Shown: one piece after another, positions 9,980 to 18,544 of the stretch | How positions within the stretch are numbered: the stretch's first letter is position 1 | Layout of the letters: each line of letters opens with the position of its first letter | Source: Myxococcota bacterium | GTDB lineage: Bacteria; Myxococcota_A; UBA9042; PHBI01; JAWLBL01 | NCBI GenBank assembly: GCA_041687695.1 | Contig: JAWLBL010000005.1 | Location: forward strand, 132,382-196,381 | DNA: 64,000 bases | Direction of reading: 5' to 3' | The notes under the pieces: model-generated | The model's input: only the letters and a program-made list of their open reading frames with translations | What the model was told of the DNA's origin: nothing | The model's database searches: none | Translations under genes and position numbers: made by a program

Positions 9980-12601
9980 GTGCCTGGCTGGTCCCATCGG
10001 TCCATCGCGCTCTCCGTGGCCGCCGCGGCGGTTGTCCTCGGCGCTTGTACCTCGCCCGACGCCGCCGCGCCACCCGCGACGACCTGCGATCCCGACCCCG
10101 CGGCCCACCTCGACGCGGCCGGCGTCCTGCCCGCCCCCGCGGACCCGCTGCTCCCGGCGCCGCTGCTCTACCCCGACGACAGCCTCCCGGGCTACCCGGG
10201 AGTCGTCGTCGACCCCGCCCCGCTCGCCCGCGGCGACCACCCGGTGCTGCGCTACTTCCTCGACCCCGTCCGCTGCGAGCTGGCCGGCGGCCCCTACATG
10301 TGGGCCCCGCCCCCGCCCGGCGCCGACGCCACGCCCGCCACGCGCCTCGTCGGCCGCACCGAGAACGCCAGCGCCACGCTCCACGCCCTGCTCGTCACCA
10401 GCCCCGACCCCGGCGCGGACGCGGATCTGTCCGCCTGGCACGACGCCCTGCTCGCCCTGGGCGCCGGCGGCGTCCACCTGCACGCCCCGACGCGCACCGA
10501 CCTCGAGCAGGCCCTCGCGACCCGCCTGTGCTTCGGGCTCGGCCCCGGCGACACCGCCCTGCTCGTGACCGCCGGCCGCGGCCTGCCGACCCAGGACGGC
10601 GGCGGCGCCTTCCTGCTGGGCGACGAGGCCATCTCCTACGGCCGCCTCGCGACGCAGCTGGGCCACGCCTGCGCCCAGGCCGGCCTCATCGTCTGGGTCG
10701 CCGACGCCAGCCACGCCGGGGCCGCTTCGTTGCCCGCCCTGCAGCCCGGCCGCGCGGGCGTCCTGTGGCGCGCCTCCGACGCCGCGGTCCCCGACGCCCC
10801 GCGCCTGGACGTCCACGGCGGCGGCGCCCTCGGCCGCGCCCTGGCCGATCACCTGGCCGACCACGCCGGCCGGCGCTGCCTGGCCGCCACCGACGCCACC
10901 CCGGGCGAGCTGCTCGCCGCCTTCACCCCGCCCGCGGCGGAGCTGCGCGCCCGCATGGCTGCCCTGCGCTGGGACCGGGTGGCCGAGCCGGCGCTCGCCG
11001 CCGCAGGCCTCGGCGCGGGCCAGGACGCCGACACCCGCGCCCGCCTCGCCGCCCTGCTCGACGCGCAGCTGCCCTACGCGCTGACCTCGGTCGCTGGCGA
11101 GCCGCTCGAGGGCGGCCGCTGCGTCGAGGCCGGGACCTGCATCCAGCTGGGCCAGGGCTGCGGCCTGACCGCCTGCGAGCGCTGGCAGTGCATCGACGGG
11201 CACTGCGTCCCGGGCGTCGTCCCCGGCCGCGACTGCGACGACGGCAACCCCTGCACCAAGGACGACGTCTGCAGCGCCTCGGGGCACTGCCAGGGCGCGC
11301 CGCGCACCTGCGACGACGGCAACCCCTGCACCGTCGACGGCTGCGAGGACGGCCTGGGCTGCGTCAGCGTGCCGCGCCCGGGCGGCGGCCCCTGCGACGA
11401 CGGCGACGCCTGCACCCAGGGCGACACCTGCGACGACGACGGCCTGTGCGTCGGCGCGCCGGTCACGTGCGACGACGGCGACCCCTGCACCAAGGACGCC
11501 TGCGACCCGGCCGAGGGCTGCACCTTCACGGCCGCCAAGCTGCCCTGCGACGACGGCGACCCCTGCACGCACCTGGACTTCTGCCTGTCCGGCACCTGCC
11601 GCGGGCTGCCCGTCGACTGCGACGACGGCGAGCCCTGCACCCTGGACGCCTGCGACTCGGCGACCGGCGAGTGCGCGCCCCTGCCCCTTCCCGACGGGGC
11701 CGGCTGCAGCGACGGCGACGTCTGCACGGCCCAGGACCGGTGCCTGGGCGGGGTCTGCACTGGCCTGCCGCTGCCCTGCGACGACGGGCTGCCGTGCACC
11801 CTCGACCTGTGCGACCAGGGGATCTGCACGCACCTGCCCATGCCCGGCACCTGCGCCACGGCCGCGGGCTGCATCCCGGTCGGACAGAAGGTCCCCGGCG
11901 ACCCCTGCCAGGTCTGCCAGGCCACCGCCAAGCTGGCCCCGGTGGCCGACGGCGCCGCCTGCGCGGACGACGGCGTCCCCTGCACGGCCGACTTCTGCTC
12001 GGGCGGCGTGTGCGTGCACCCCAACCAGCCCGGGACCTGCACCGGCCCGGACGGCCAATGCGTCCAGGTCGGCGAGTCGCTCGCGCCCTGCCTCGTCTGC
12101 AGCGCCACCGGCGTCGGCAGCCCGGCGGGGTTCGGCGCCCCCTGCGACGACGGCGATCCGTGCACGGACTACGACGCCTGCACGGCCGAGGGCGCCTGCG
12201 TCGGCGCCCCTCGCGGCTGCTGCCCCTCCGGCCCCGAGGCCGAGTGCGGCGTCCAGCTCACCGGCGATCTCGGCGACCCGGCCTTCCCCGCCCACATCTC
12301 CGACTGGAGCTGCCTGCCCGGCGTGCAGTTCTTCGGCACCGAGCACGCCCACCCCTTCGTCAGCCCCTGCGCCGGCACGCTGCAGCTGACCTTCACCGGC
12401 CCGCCCGGCGCGCTGCTCTTCGTCCTGCGCGGCGACCTCGACCAGTGCGGCCAGGCCCAATGCACGACCTACACCGGCGGCCCCATCGCCCAGCCCATCG
12501 CCGAGGGCGAGGCCGTGACCCTCATCGTCGACGGCCAGGCCCAGGTCCCCGGCCCCTACACCATCGACCTCCTCTGCCCCTGCGACCCCGTGTCGCCCTG
12601 A
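9980..12601 (+). CDS. Lipoprotein: inactive caspase-like domain + CDDGxPCTxD Cys-rich repeats
   Basis: Lipobox VLGAC; caspase-fold motifs DTALLVTAGRG and IVWVADASHAG; more than 10 CDDG(N/D)PCT-type repeats (Dictyostelium CTDC-like). Confidence 0.75.
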   Translation: MPGWSHRSIALSVAAAAVVLGACTSPDAAAPPATTCDPDPAAHLDAAGVLPAPADPLLPAPLLYPDDSLPGYPGVVVDPAPLARGDHPVLRYFLDPVRCELAGGPYMWAPPPPGADATPATRLVGRTENASATLHALLVTSPDPGADADLSAWHDALLALGAGGVHLHAPTRTDLEQALATRLCFGLGPGDTALLVTAGRGLPTQDGGGAFLLGDEAISYGRLATQLGHACAQAGLIVWVADASHAGAASLPALQPGRAGVLWRASDAAVPDAPRLDVHGGGALGRALADHLADHAGRRCLAATDATPGELLAAFTPPAAELRARMAALRWDRVAEPALAAAGLGAGQDADTRARLAALLDAQLPYALTSVAGEPLEGGRCVEAGTCIQLGQGCGLTACERWQCIDGHCVPGVVPGRDCDDGNPCTKDDVCSASGHCQGAPRTCDDGNPCTVDGCEDGLGCVSVPRPGGGPCDDGDACTQGDTCDDDGLCVGAPVTCDDGDPCTKDACDPAEGCTFTAAKLPCDDGDPCTHLDFCLSGTCRGLPVDCDDGEPCTLDACDSATGECAPLPLPDGAGCSDGDVCTAQDRCLGGVCTGLPLPCDDGLPCTLDLCDQGICTHLPMPGTCATAAGCIPVGQKVPGDPCQVCQATAKLAPVADGAACADDGVPCTADFCSGGVCVHPNQPGTCTGPDGQCVQVGESLAPCLVCSATGVGSPAGFGAPCDDGDPCTDYDACTAEGACVGAPRGCCPSGPEAECGVQLTGDLGDPAFPAHISDWSCLPGVQFFGTEHAHPFVSPCAGTLQLTFTGPPGALLFVLRGDLDQCGQAQCTTYTGGPIAQPIAEGEAVTLIVDGQAQVPGPYTIDLLCPCDPVSP

Positions 12602-12620
12602 CCTCGGAGTCGCCCCCGAA

Positions 12621-13424
12621 ATGCCCGGCCTCGACCCGCGCGGCGCCCGCGTCCTGCTGACCGGCGCCTCCAGCGGCATCGGCGCCGCCGCCGCCCTCGC
12701 CTTCGCCCGCGCCGGCGCCCGCCTCCACCTCGTCGCCCGCCGCCGCGACCGCCTCGCCGCCGTCACCGACGCTTGCCGCGCCCTCGGCGCCGAGGCCCAC
12801 GCCCACGTCCTCGACGTCCGCGACCGCCCCGCCCTCTTCGCCCTGGCCGACGCCCTCGAGCCCACCGGCGGCGTCGACGTCGCCATCGCCAACGCCGGCG
12901 TCATGTCCCTCGGCCCGCTGCTCGACCTCACCTGGGACGAGCTGTCGCCCCAGCTCGACGTCAACCTCAACGGCCTCATCCACACCCTGCAGGCCTTCGG
13001 CCGCGGCATGCGCGCCCGCGGCCGCGGCGTCCTGATGCCCGTCTCCAGCGTCCTCGCCGTCCAGAGCCTGCCCAGCTACGGCCCCTACTGCGCCAGCAAG
13101 TTCGGCGTGCAGGCCGTCGCCGACGCCCTGCGCTGGGAGCTGCGCGGCACCGGCGTCGAGGTCGTCCACGTCCTGCCCGGCGCCACCGCCACCGAGCTGC
13201 ACGCCCACATGGACCCGGCCCGCGTCCCCAAGACCACCCGCCAGGCCGTCCGCGTCCCGCCCGAGCAGGTCGCCGCCTGCATGGTCCGCGCCGTCCGCCG
13301 CCCGCGCGCCAACGTCCTGTGCGACACCCGCGCCCGCCTGCTCTGGACCGGCAGGCGCCTGGTCCCCTGGCTGGTCGACGCCGTCGTCGGCCGCGTCACC
13401 CGGCCCCCCCGGAAGACCCCATGA
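12621..13424 (+). CDS. SDR family NAD(P)-dependent oxidoreductase
   Basis: TGASSGIG, NAG, YCASK catalytic motif. Confidence 0.92.
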   Translation: MPGLDPRGARVLLTGASSGIGAAAALAFARAGARLHLVARRRDRLAAVTDACRALGAEAHAHVLDVRDRPALFALADALEPTGGVDVAIANAGVMSLGPLLDLTWDELSPQLDVNLNGLIHTLQAFGRGMRARGRGVLMPVSSVLAVQSLPSYGPYCASKFGVQAVADALRWELRGTGVEVVHVLPGATATELHAHMDPARVPKTTRQAVRVPPEQVAACMVRAVRRPRANVLCDTRARLLWTGRRLVPWLVDAVVGRVTRPPRKTP

Positions 13425-15091
13425 GCACCGCCCCCACCGCGCCCCCCGCCGCCCCCTCACCCTCGCGCCGGCCCCCGCTCGCCGCCGAGGCCGCCGCCCT
13501 GGCCGCGACCTTCGCCCTGCTGGCCGTCTACGTGTCCCACGTCATCTGGGACATCGACGTCTTCTGGCACATCGCCGCCGGCCGCGCCTTCACCCAGCTG
13601 GGCGAGGTCCCGACCACCGACATCTTCACCGCCATCGACCCCGACCGCACCTGGGTCAGCTTCCAGTGGCTCTACCAGCTCGGCGTCTACCACCTCGAGC
13701 GGCTGGGCGGCCTGCAGCTGGTCCGCTTCGTCCACGCCGCCGTGATGTGGCTGGCCTTCCTCGGCTTCTACCACGCCTGCCGCCGCCGCCTGGCCCTCGG
13801 CGCCCTGCCCTCGCTGGTCCTGCTCGCCCTGCTGCTCGTCCTCTTCGAGGACCGCATCCGCGTGCGCCCCCACGTCTTCAACCTCGCGGCCATGGTCATC
13901 CTGCTCCCCTGGCTGGTCCGCGGCCCCGCCGCCCTCGGCCGCGCCGCCTGCCTCACCACCGCCGCCGTCGTCGCCGTCTGGGCCAACCTCCACGCCGGCG
14001 GCGCCTTCCTCTTCCTGGCCGCCGCCTCGGCCCTTCCGGTCGGCGCCGCCCTCCACGTCGCCTTCGGCGCCCCCGACGCGCGTCCCCAGCTGCGCCGCGC
14101 CCTCCTCTGGTACGCCTGCGCCCTGGTCCCCGCCCTGCTCTCGCCCCACTTCGTCCGCGGCACCTGGCAGGCCTTCACCCAGCTCGAGGGCAGCGAGACC
14201 GCCATCGGCGAGTGGTGGCCCGCCTGGTACTTCCTCGTGAACCCCTCGGCCCCCGCCCACTACCTGGCCGGCGCCTTCCCGACCCTGGTCCTGGTCCTGT
14301 GGCTGCTGGTCGCCGCCCCGGTCCTGGCCGCCCTGACCCGCGGCAGGGCCGCCGTCGCCGACGCCCTGACCCGCTACCCGGCCTGGGCGCTGGGCGTCTC
14401 GCTGGCCTTCATCGTGCTGGCCCACCGCTCGGTCCGCTTCATCTACGAGGCCGAGCTCGCCTTCCTCATCCTGTTGCCCCTGCTGGCCCACCGCATCGGC
14501 CACCTGCAGCCGCCGGCGCGCGTGCGTCCCTTCGTCCTCGCCGCCTACTTCCTGGGCCTGCACGCCCTGGCCTACCACTTCAACGTCGTGGCGCTACAGG
14601 GCGATCTCCCGACCGCCGTCCAGCGCGCCTTCGGCGACGAGCCCCTCGACACCCGCCGCTTCCCCACCGCCCAGGCCGACTTCCTGGCCCGCACCGGCTT
14701 TCGCGGCAACGTCTACGCCCAGGGCAACTGGGGCTCGTACCTGCTCTACCGCCTGTGGCCCGACGTCCGCGTCACCGCCGACGGCCGCGGCAACTACGCC
14801 GCCCAGGTCGCCGAGGACCTGGCCCTGACCTACGACCGCCGCGTCATGGCCGACCCGGACAGCGGCCCGCGCGTCGCCCAGGCCTACCAGCGCTACCCGG
14901 TCGACGCCATCGTGCACCAGCACCCCGTCTGGCCCGCCGGCTACCAGCCCGCCCCGAACCAGTTCCTCCGGGTCTTCTCCGACGGCAAGGGCGCCATCTG
15001 GGTCCGCAACACCCCGGCCGGCCAGGCCTACCTGGACCACCTGCAGACCCTGATGCGCGCCGGCCGCCCCCCCGCCCGCGCCCCGCACTGA
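13421..15091 (+). CDS. Polytopic membrane protein, putative GT-C glycosyltransferase
   Basis: DIDVFWHIAAGR, RVRPHVF, WANLHAG, EWWP, WGSYLLY...DGR motifs with many TM helices; ATGA overlap with the SDR gene. Confidence 0.7.
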   Translation: MSTAPTAPPAAPSPSRRPPLAAEAAALAATFALLAVYVSHVIWDIDVFWHIAAGRAFTQLGEVPTTDIFTAIDPDRTWVSFQWLYQLGVYHLERLGGLQLVRFVHAAVMWLAFLGFYHACRRRLALGALPSLVLLALLLVLFEDRIRVRPHVFNLAAMVILLPWLVRGPAALGRAACLTTAAVVAVWANLHAGGAFLFLAAASALPVGAALHVAFGAPDARPQLRRALLWYACALVPALLSPHFVRGTWQAFTQLEGSETAIGEWWPAWYFLVNPSAPAHYLAGAFPTLVLVLWLLVAAPVLAALTRGRAAVADALTRYPAWALGVSLAFIVLAHRSVRFIYEAELAFLILLPLLAHRIGHLQPPARVRPFVLAAYFLGLHALAYHFNVVALQGDLPTAVQRAFGDEPLDTRRFPTAQADFLARTGFRGNVYAQGNWGSYLLYRLWPDVRVTADGRGNYAAQVAEDLALTYDRRVMADPDSGPRVAQAYQRYPVDAIVHQHPVWPAGYQPAPNQFLRVFSDGKGAIWVRNTPAGQAYLDHLQTLMRAGRPPARAPH

Positions 15092-15180
15092 CCTTCTGCC
15101 AGCCGCTCCTCGACCGCGGCTGGCGCCTACCTTGTCGCGCACGATCTCGCGCCGTACGGTTGCCGCCTTGGAGGTCCACC

Positions 15181-15453
15181 ATGGCTTCAGACGCCGACGT
15201 CCCCGAGCGAGCGAGGCTCTACCTTCGCATCCCCGAGCATGTGAAGGCGCTGCTCGTCGAGGCCGCCGAATTGCAGGGCGTGTCGCTCGCGGACTTCGTC
15301 GTCGGTGCGGCCGAGTCGGCGGCGCGGAGGATCCTCGAGGAAGTCGACCTGCTCACGCTGGCCGAGCGCGACCAGGTCGCCTTCGCCGAGGCACTACTGA
15401 GGCCATTCGAGCCGGACCGGGCCCTTCCAGGAGACGCCGAGCGCAGCTCGTAG
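15181..15453 (+). CDS. DUF1778 / TacA-like ribbon-helix-helix antitoxin
   Basis: ARLYLRIPEHVKALLVEAAELQGVSLADFV...LAERDQVAFAEALLRP; GGAGG RBS. Confidence 0.85.
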   Translation: MASDADVPERARLYLRIPEHVKALLVEAAELQGVSLADFVVGAAESAARRILEEVDLLTLAERDQVAFAEALLRPFEPDRALPGDAERSS

Positions 15454-15530
15454 CTGCTTCGATCAGCCCGTTCCGCTGTTCCTCGTCAAACCGGACACCG
15501 AGCCGCGGCTGAAGCCCGCCAGCGGCCGGG

Positions 15531-16619
15531 CTAGAGGATCCGCAACCCCGCCGAGAAGCCCGGCCACATGCGGACGTGCACGTCGGCGTCGGCGTCGGTG
15601 AGGTCCCAGGCGCCCAGCAGCGGGTCGACCAGCACGTCGGCGTGGTCGGTGACCTGCACGTTCAGCGTGGGACCGGCGTAGATGGCCAGCCCCTCGAGCA
15701 GCTTCACCGTGACGTGGGGCCGCAGGGCGCCGATGAACGCGCTCTCGGCCCGCTCCGTGCCGACGCCGGCCTTGACGGAGCTCAGATCCATCGCGATCTC
15801 GACCCGCTCCGACAGCTGCCGGCGCAGGCCCAGGCCCAGGCCGTAGGCGAACTTGGTCTCGTCGCCCAGCTGCGCGCCCACGTAGTAGACGTTGTAGAAG
15901 GCGCCGCTGCCGTGGCGGACGCCCGTCAGCAGCATGCCGGCGTCGGTCCCGACCAGCTCGCCGTCGGTCCAGCCCTCGGTGTAGACGTTCAGGAGGCCGA
16001 TGCCCGCCGAGGCGTTGCGCGCGATGTTGACCACGCCCAGCTGCAGGCCGTCCACGTCGCCGGTCGCGACGTTCAGCACGCCCAGCTGCACGCCGTCGAC
16101 CTCGCCCGCGGCGACGTTGACCACGCCCAGCTGAAGGCCGCGGACGTCCGCGCCGGAGAGGCTCACCGGGCCCAGCTGCAGGCCGTCGACGCCGCCCAGC
16201 GCCAGGTTCACCGGCGCCAGCTGGGCCCCGGCCAGGGCGCCCGTCGCCAGGTTGACGCCGCCCGCGATCTGCAGCGCCTTCACGTCGGACAGCACCACGT
16301 TGACGCCGCCCGCGATCTGCGCCCCGCGCACCTCGCCGGTGGCGATGTTGAAGCCCGCGGCCAGCTCGAAGGCGTCGATGCCGCCCGACAGGCCGCCGCC
16401 CAGGTTCAGCGAGGCGACCCGACGTCGCTCGGCGGCGGCCGTCGACGTGCCGACCATCGGGAAGAGGTCGAAGCCGAAGGGGATGGGGGCCGCGACGGGG
16501 GTCTCCGGCGCGGCCTCGACGACCGGAGCGGGCGCGGCGGGCGCGGGGGGCTCGCTGGCGAGGGCGCTGGTGGGCATGGACAGCGACAGGGCGAACGCGG
16601 CGATGCGGGGCAGGTTCAT
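15531..16619 (-). CDS. Secreted/outer-membrane protein with G(L/V)QLGxxNxA repeats (LA_2272-like surface repeats)
   Basis: Signal peptide; about 8 repeats such as VDGVQLGVLNVA; beta-rich C-terminus ending FSAGLRIL. Confidence 0.75.
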   Translation of the reverse strand: MNLPRIAAFALSLSMPTSALASEPPAPAAPAPVVEAAPETPVAAPIPFGFDLFPMVGTSTAAAERRRVASLNLGGGLSGGIDAFELAAGFNIATGEVRGAQIAGGVNVVLSDVKALQIAGGVNLATGALAGAQLAPVNLALGGVDGLQLGPVSLSGADVRGLQLGVVNVAAGEVDGVQLGVLNVATGDVDGLQLGVVNIARNASAGIGLLNVYTEGWTDGELVGTDAGMLLTGVRHGSGAFYNVYYVGAQLGDETKFAYGLGLGLRRQLSERVEIAMDLSSVKAGVGTERAESAFIGALRPHVTVKLLEGLAIYAGPTLNVQVTDHADVLVDPLLGAWDLTDADADVHVRMWPGFSAGLRIL

Positions 16620-16676
16620 CTCGGGGCTCCAGGACGCGCGAGCGGCCCCATGCCGTCGCGGCGACGGGGCGAACGT

Positions 16677-16758
16677 TTAGCCATCGGCCTAATTCGAGTC
16701 AACCAAAACATTAGCCCATTGACTAACCATCCAGCGGAATGATTAGTTATCCACCTAA
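16677..16758. promoter_or_regulatory. Three palindromic TTAG-N8-CTAA boxes (putative operator array)
   Basis: Boxes at 16677-16692, 16711-16726 and 16743-16758 in an AT-rich divergent intergenic region; the third overlaps the ATG at 16758. Confidence 0.75.
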
Positions 16759-17858
16759 TGATGACGACACGCACCCCGCCGCCCTGGTCCTTCGCCGAGT
16801 CCATCGCCGCCGAGCTCGACTTCGCGCTCAGCCTCAGCGTGGCCGAGGGCCTGCGATCCGCGGTCCCGTCCTTCGAGCCGGCCACCCGCGATCTGTCTCC
16901 CGACTGGCTCGCCCAGGGGCACGAGCTGTTCGGGCGTCTGTCGAGCGACTTCTCCAACGTGCTCCTGCGCCTGGCGACGGCGACCGGCCTCGAGCTCGAG
17001 GGTGACTACGGCGCCTGCACCCTGCGGCTGCGCGACCTCAGCCCCGCCGACCTGACCGACGCGCTGGCCCGGGCGGCCCGCGCGCTGGACCTCGAGCCCT
17101 GGGCCGACCCCGCCCAGGGCCTTGTCGAGCTGGTCCTCGCCCTGCGGGCCCCGCTCGAGCTGGTCACCAACCGCGCCGGCCTCGAGATCATGCGGCGCGA
17201 GGCGGCCTTCTCCCTGCGCGTGCTGCGCGGCGGCGACGAGCACAGCCGCTTCTGGCACTGGGTCGACCGCTTCTACTACGAGACCTACCGCCCCTGGCGC
17301 CTCACCCGCGAGCCCTTCATGACCACCGAGCGCGAGCGCGCCCTCGCCGCCCTCTCCCTGCCGCCCGCGCCCGGCGCGCCGCTGCGCCTCGACTGGCTGC
17401 CGCCCCAGAACCCCGTCAACCAGATCGGCGCCCTGGGCGACCTCGTCCGCTCGGGCGCCATGCCGCTCGTCTTCTGGGTCGAGCCCTTCGGCACCTGGGA
17501 CTACCTCGACCCCTTGCCCGGCGGCGCCCTCGTCAGCTTCTGCACCCCCGGCGAGGCCTACGAGGCCTTCCGCCGCCTCTCGGCCGACCTCGCCGGCCGC
17601 CTCAAGGCCCTGTCCGACCCGACCCGCCTCGTCATGCTGCGCTTCGTCCGCCAGCACGAGGTCGACAACTCCCAGATCGCCGGCTACCTCGAGGTCTCGA
17701 ACCCCACCATCAGCGTCCACGCCAAGCTCCTGCGCGAGGCCGGCCTCATCCAGACCCGCCGCCGCGGCCGCAGCGTCGTCCACGACCTCGACGAGGCGGC
17801 CGTCCGCGCCCTCCTCCGCGAGCTGCAGACCTTCCTCGGCCTCGCCCCCGAGCCCTGA
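16758..17858 (+). CDS. ArsR/SmtB-family regulator with long N-terminal domain
   Basis: C-terminal wHTH: LKALSDPTRLVML...IAGYLEVSNPTISVHAKLLREAGLIQTRRRGR; about 270-aa N-terminal extension. Confidence 0.85.
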   Translation: MMTTRTPPPWSFAESIAAELDFALSLSVAEGLRSAVPSFEPATRDLSPDWLAQGHELFGRLSSDFSNVLLRLATATGLELEGDYGACTLRLRDLSPADLTDALARAARALDLEPWADPAQGLVELVLALRAPLELVTNRAGLEIMRREAAFSLRVLRGGDEHSRFWHWVDRFYYETYRPWRLTREPFMTTERERALAALSLPPAPGAPLRLDWLPPQNPVNQIGALGDLVRSGAMPLVFWVEPFGTWDYLDPLPGGALVSFCTPGEAYEAFRRLSADLAGRLKALSDPTRLVMLRFVRQHEVDNSQIAGYLEVSNPTISVHAKLLREAGLIQTRRRGRSVVHDLDEAAVRALLRELQTFLGLAPEP

Positions 17859-17946
17859 GCCTGGCTCCTCGAGTTCAGCCCCGAGGGCGTCGCTTGCGGC
17901 GCCGGCCCGTAGGTGGGAAGGTGCGCCCCCTTCGGAGGGTGTCGAG

Positions 17947-18537
17947 ATGATGATGATGCAGACGGCGCGTGTAGCGGGGCTAGGGGTGATCCTGGCGGCG
18001 GGGCTGACCGCGGCGGGGTGCGGCAAGCAGGACGCCGACGGGGCGTCCAAGGGCGAGGCCTCGGCCGCGTGCGACACGGTGGGGCTGCGCAACCTGATGG
18101 AGGTGACGCCCGAGGTGGCCGCCGAGCTGCGGCCGGCCATCGGCGCCGCCGGGCTGCGGGAGGCCTGCAAGGGGGCCGGACGGACGCCGCCCCAGGGGCT
18201 CGACCAGGTGCTCGCCGCGTTGTCCTCGGCGGCTCCGGACCAACAGGCGGTGCTGGTCGCAAAGGGGATCTCGCTCGAGCCCGCGCTGTTCGGCAAGGCG
18301 TGCGCGGGCGGCGTCGGGCTGCTCGCGAGCCTGGCGACGATGGCGCCCGATCAGCGCCAGACGGCGCTGTTGGACGGCTGCCGCTTCGACCCCGAGGGCC
18401 GCATCGCCAGCCGCGCCGAGTACCTGGCGGCGCCCTCGAACCAGCTGCTCGCGGCGATGATGACCACGGCGTGGATGGGCTCGCAGGCCGAGTCGGGCGA
18501 CGGCCGCGCGGCCGTGCGGCTGCTGCTGGGGCTCTGA
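17947..18537 (+). CDS. Hypothetical lipoprotein
   Basis: Lipobox TAAGC; GGAGG RBS; start could be any of the tandem ATGs. Confidence 0.7.
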   Translation: MMMMQTARVAGLGVILAAGLTAAGCGKQDADGASKGEASAACDTVGLRNLMEVTPEVAAELRPAIGAAGLREACKGAGRTPPQGLDQVLAALSSAAPDQQAVLVAKGISLEPALFGKACAGGVGLLASLATMAPDQRQTALLDGCRFDPEGRIASRAEYLAAPSNQLLAAMMTTAWMGSQAESGDGRAAVRLLLGL

Positions 18538-18544
18538 CCGGGCT

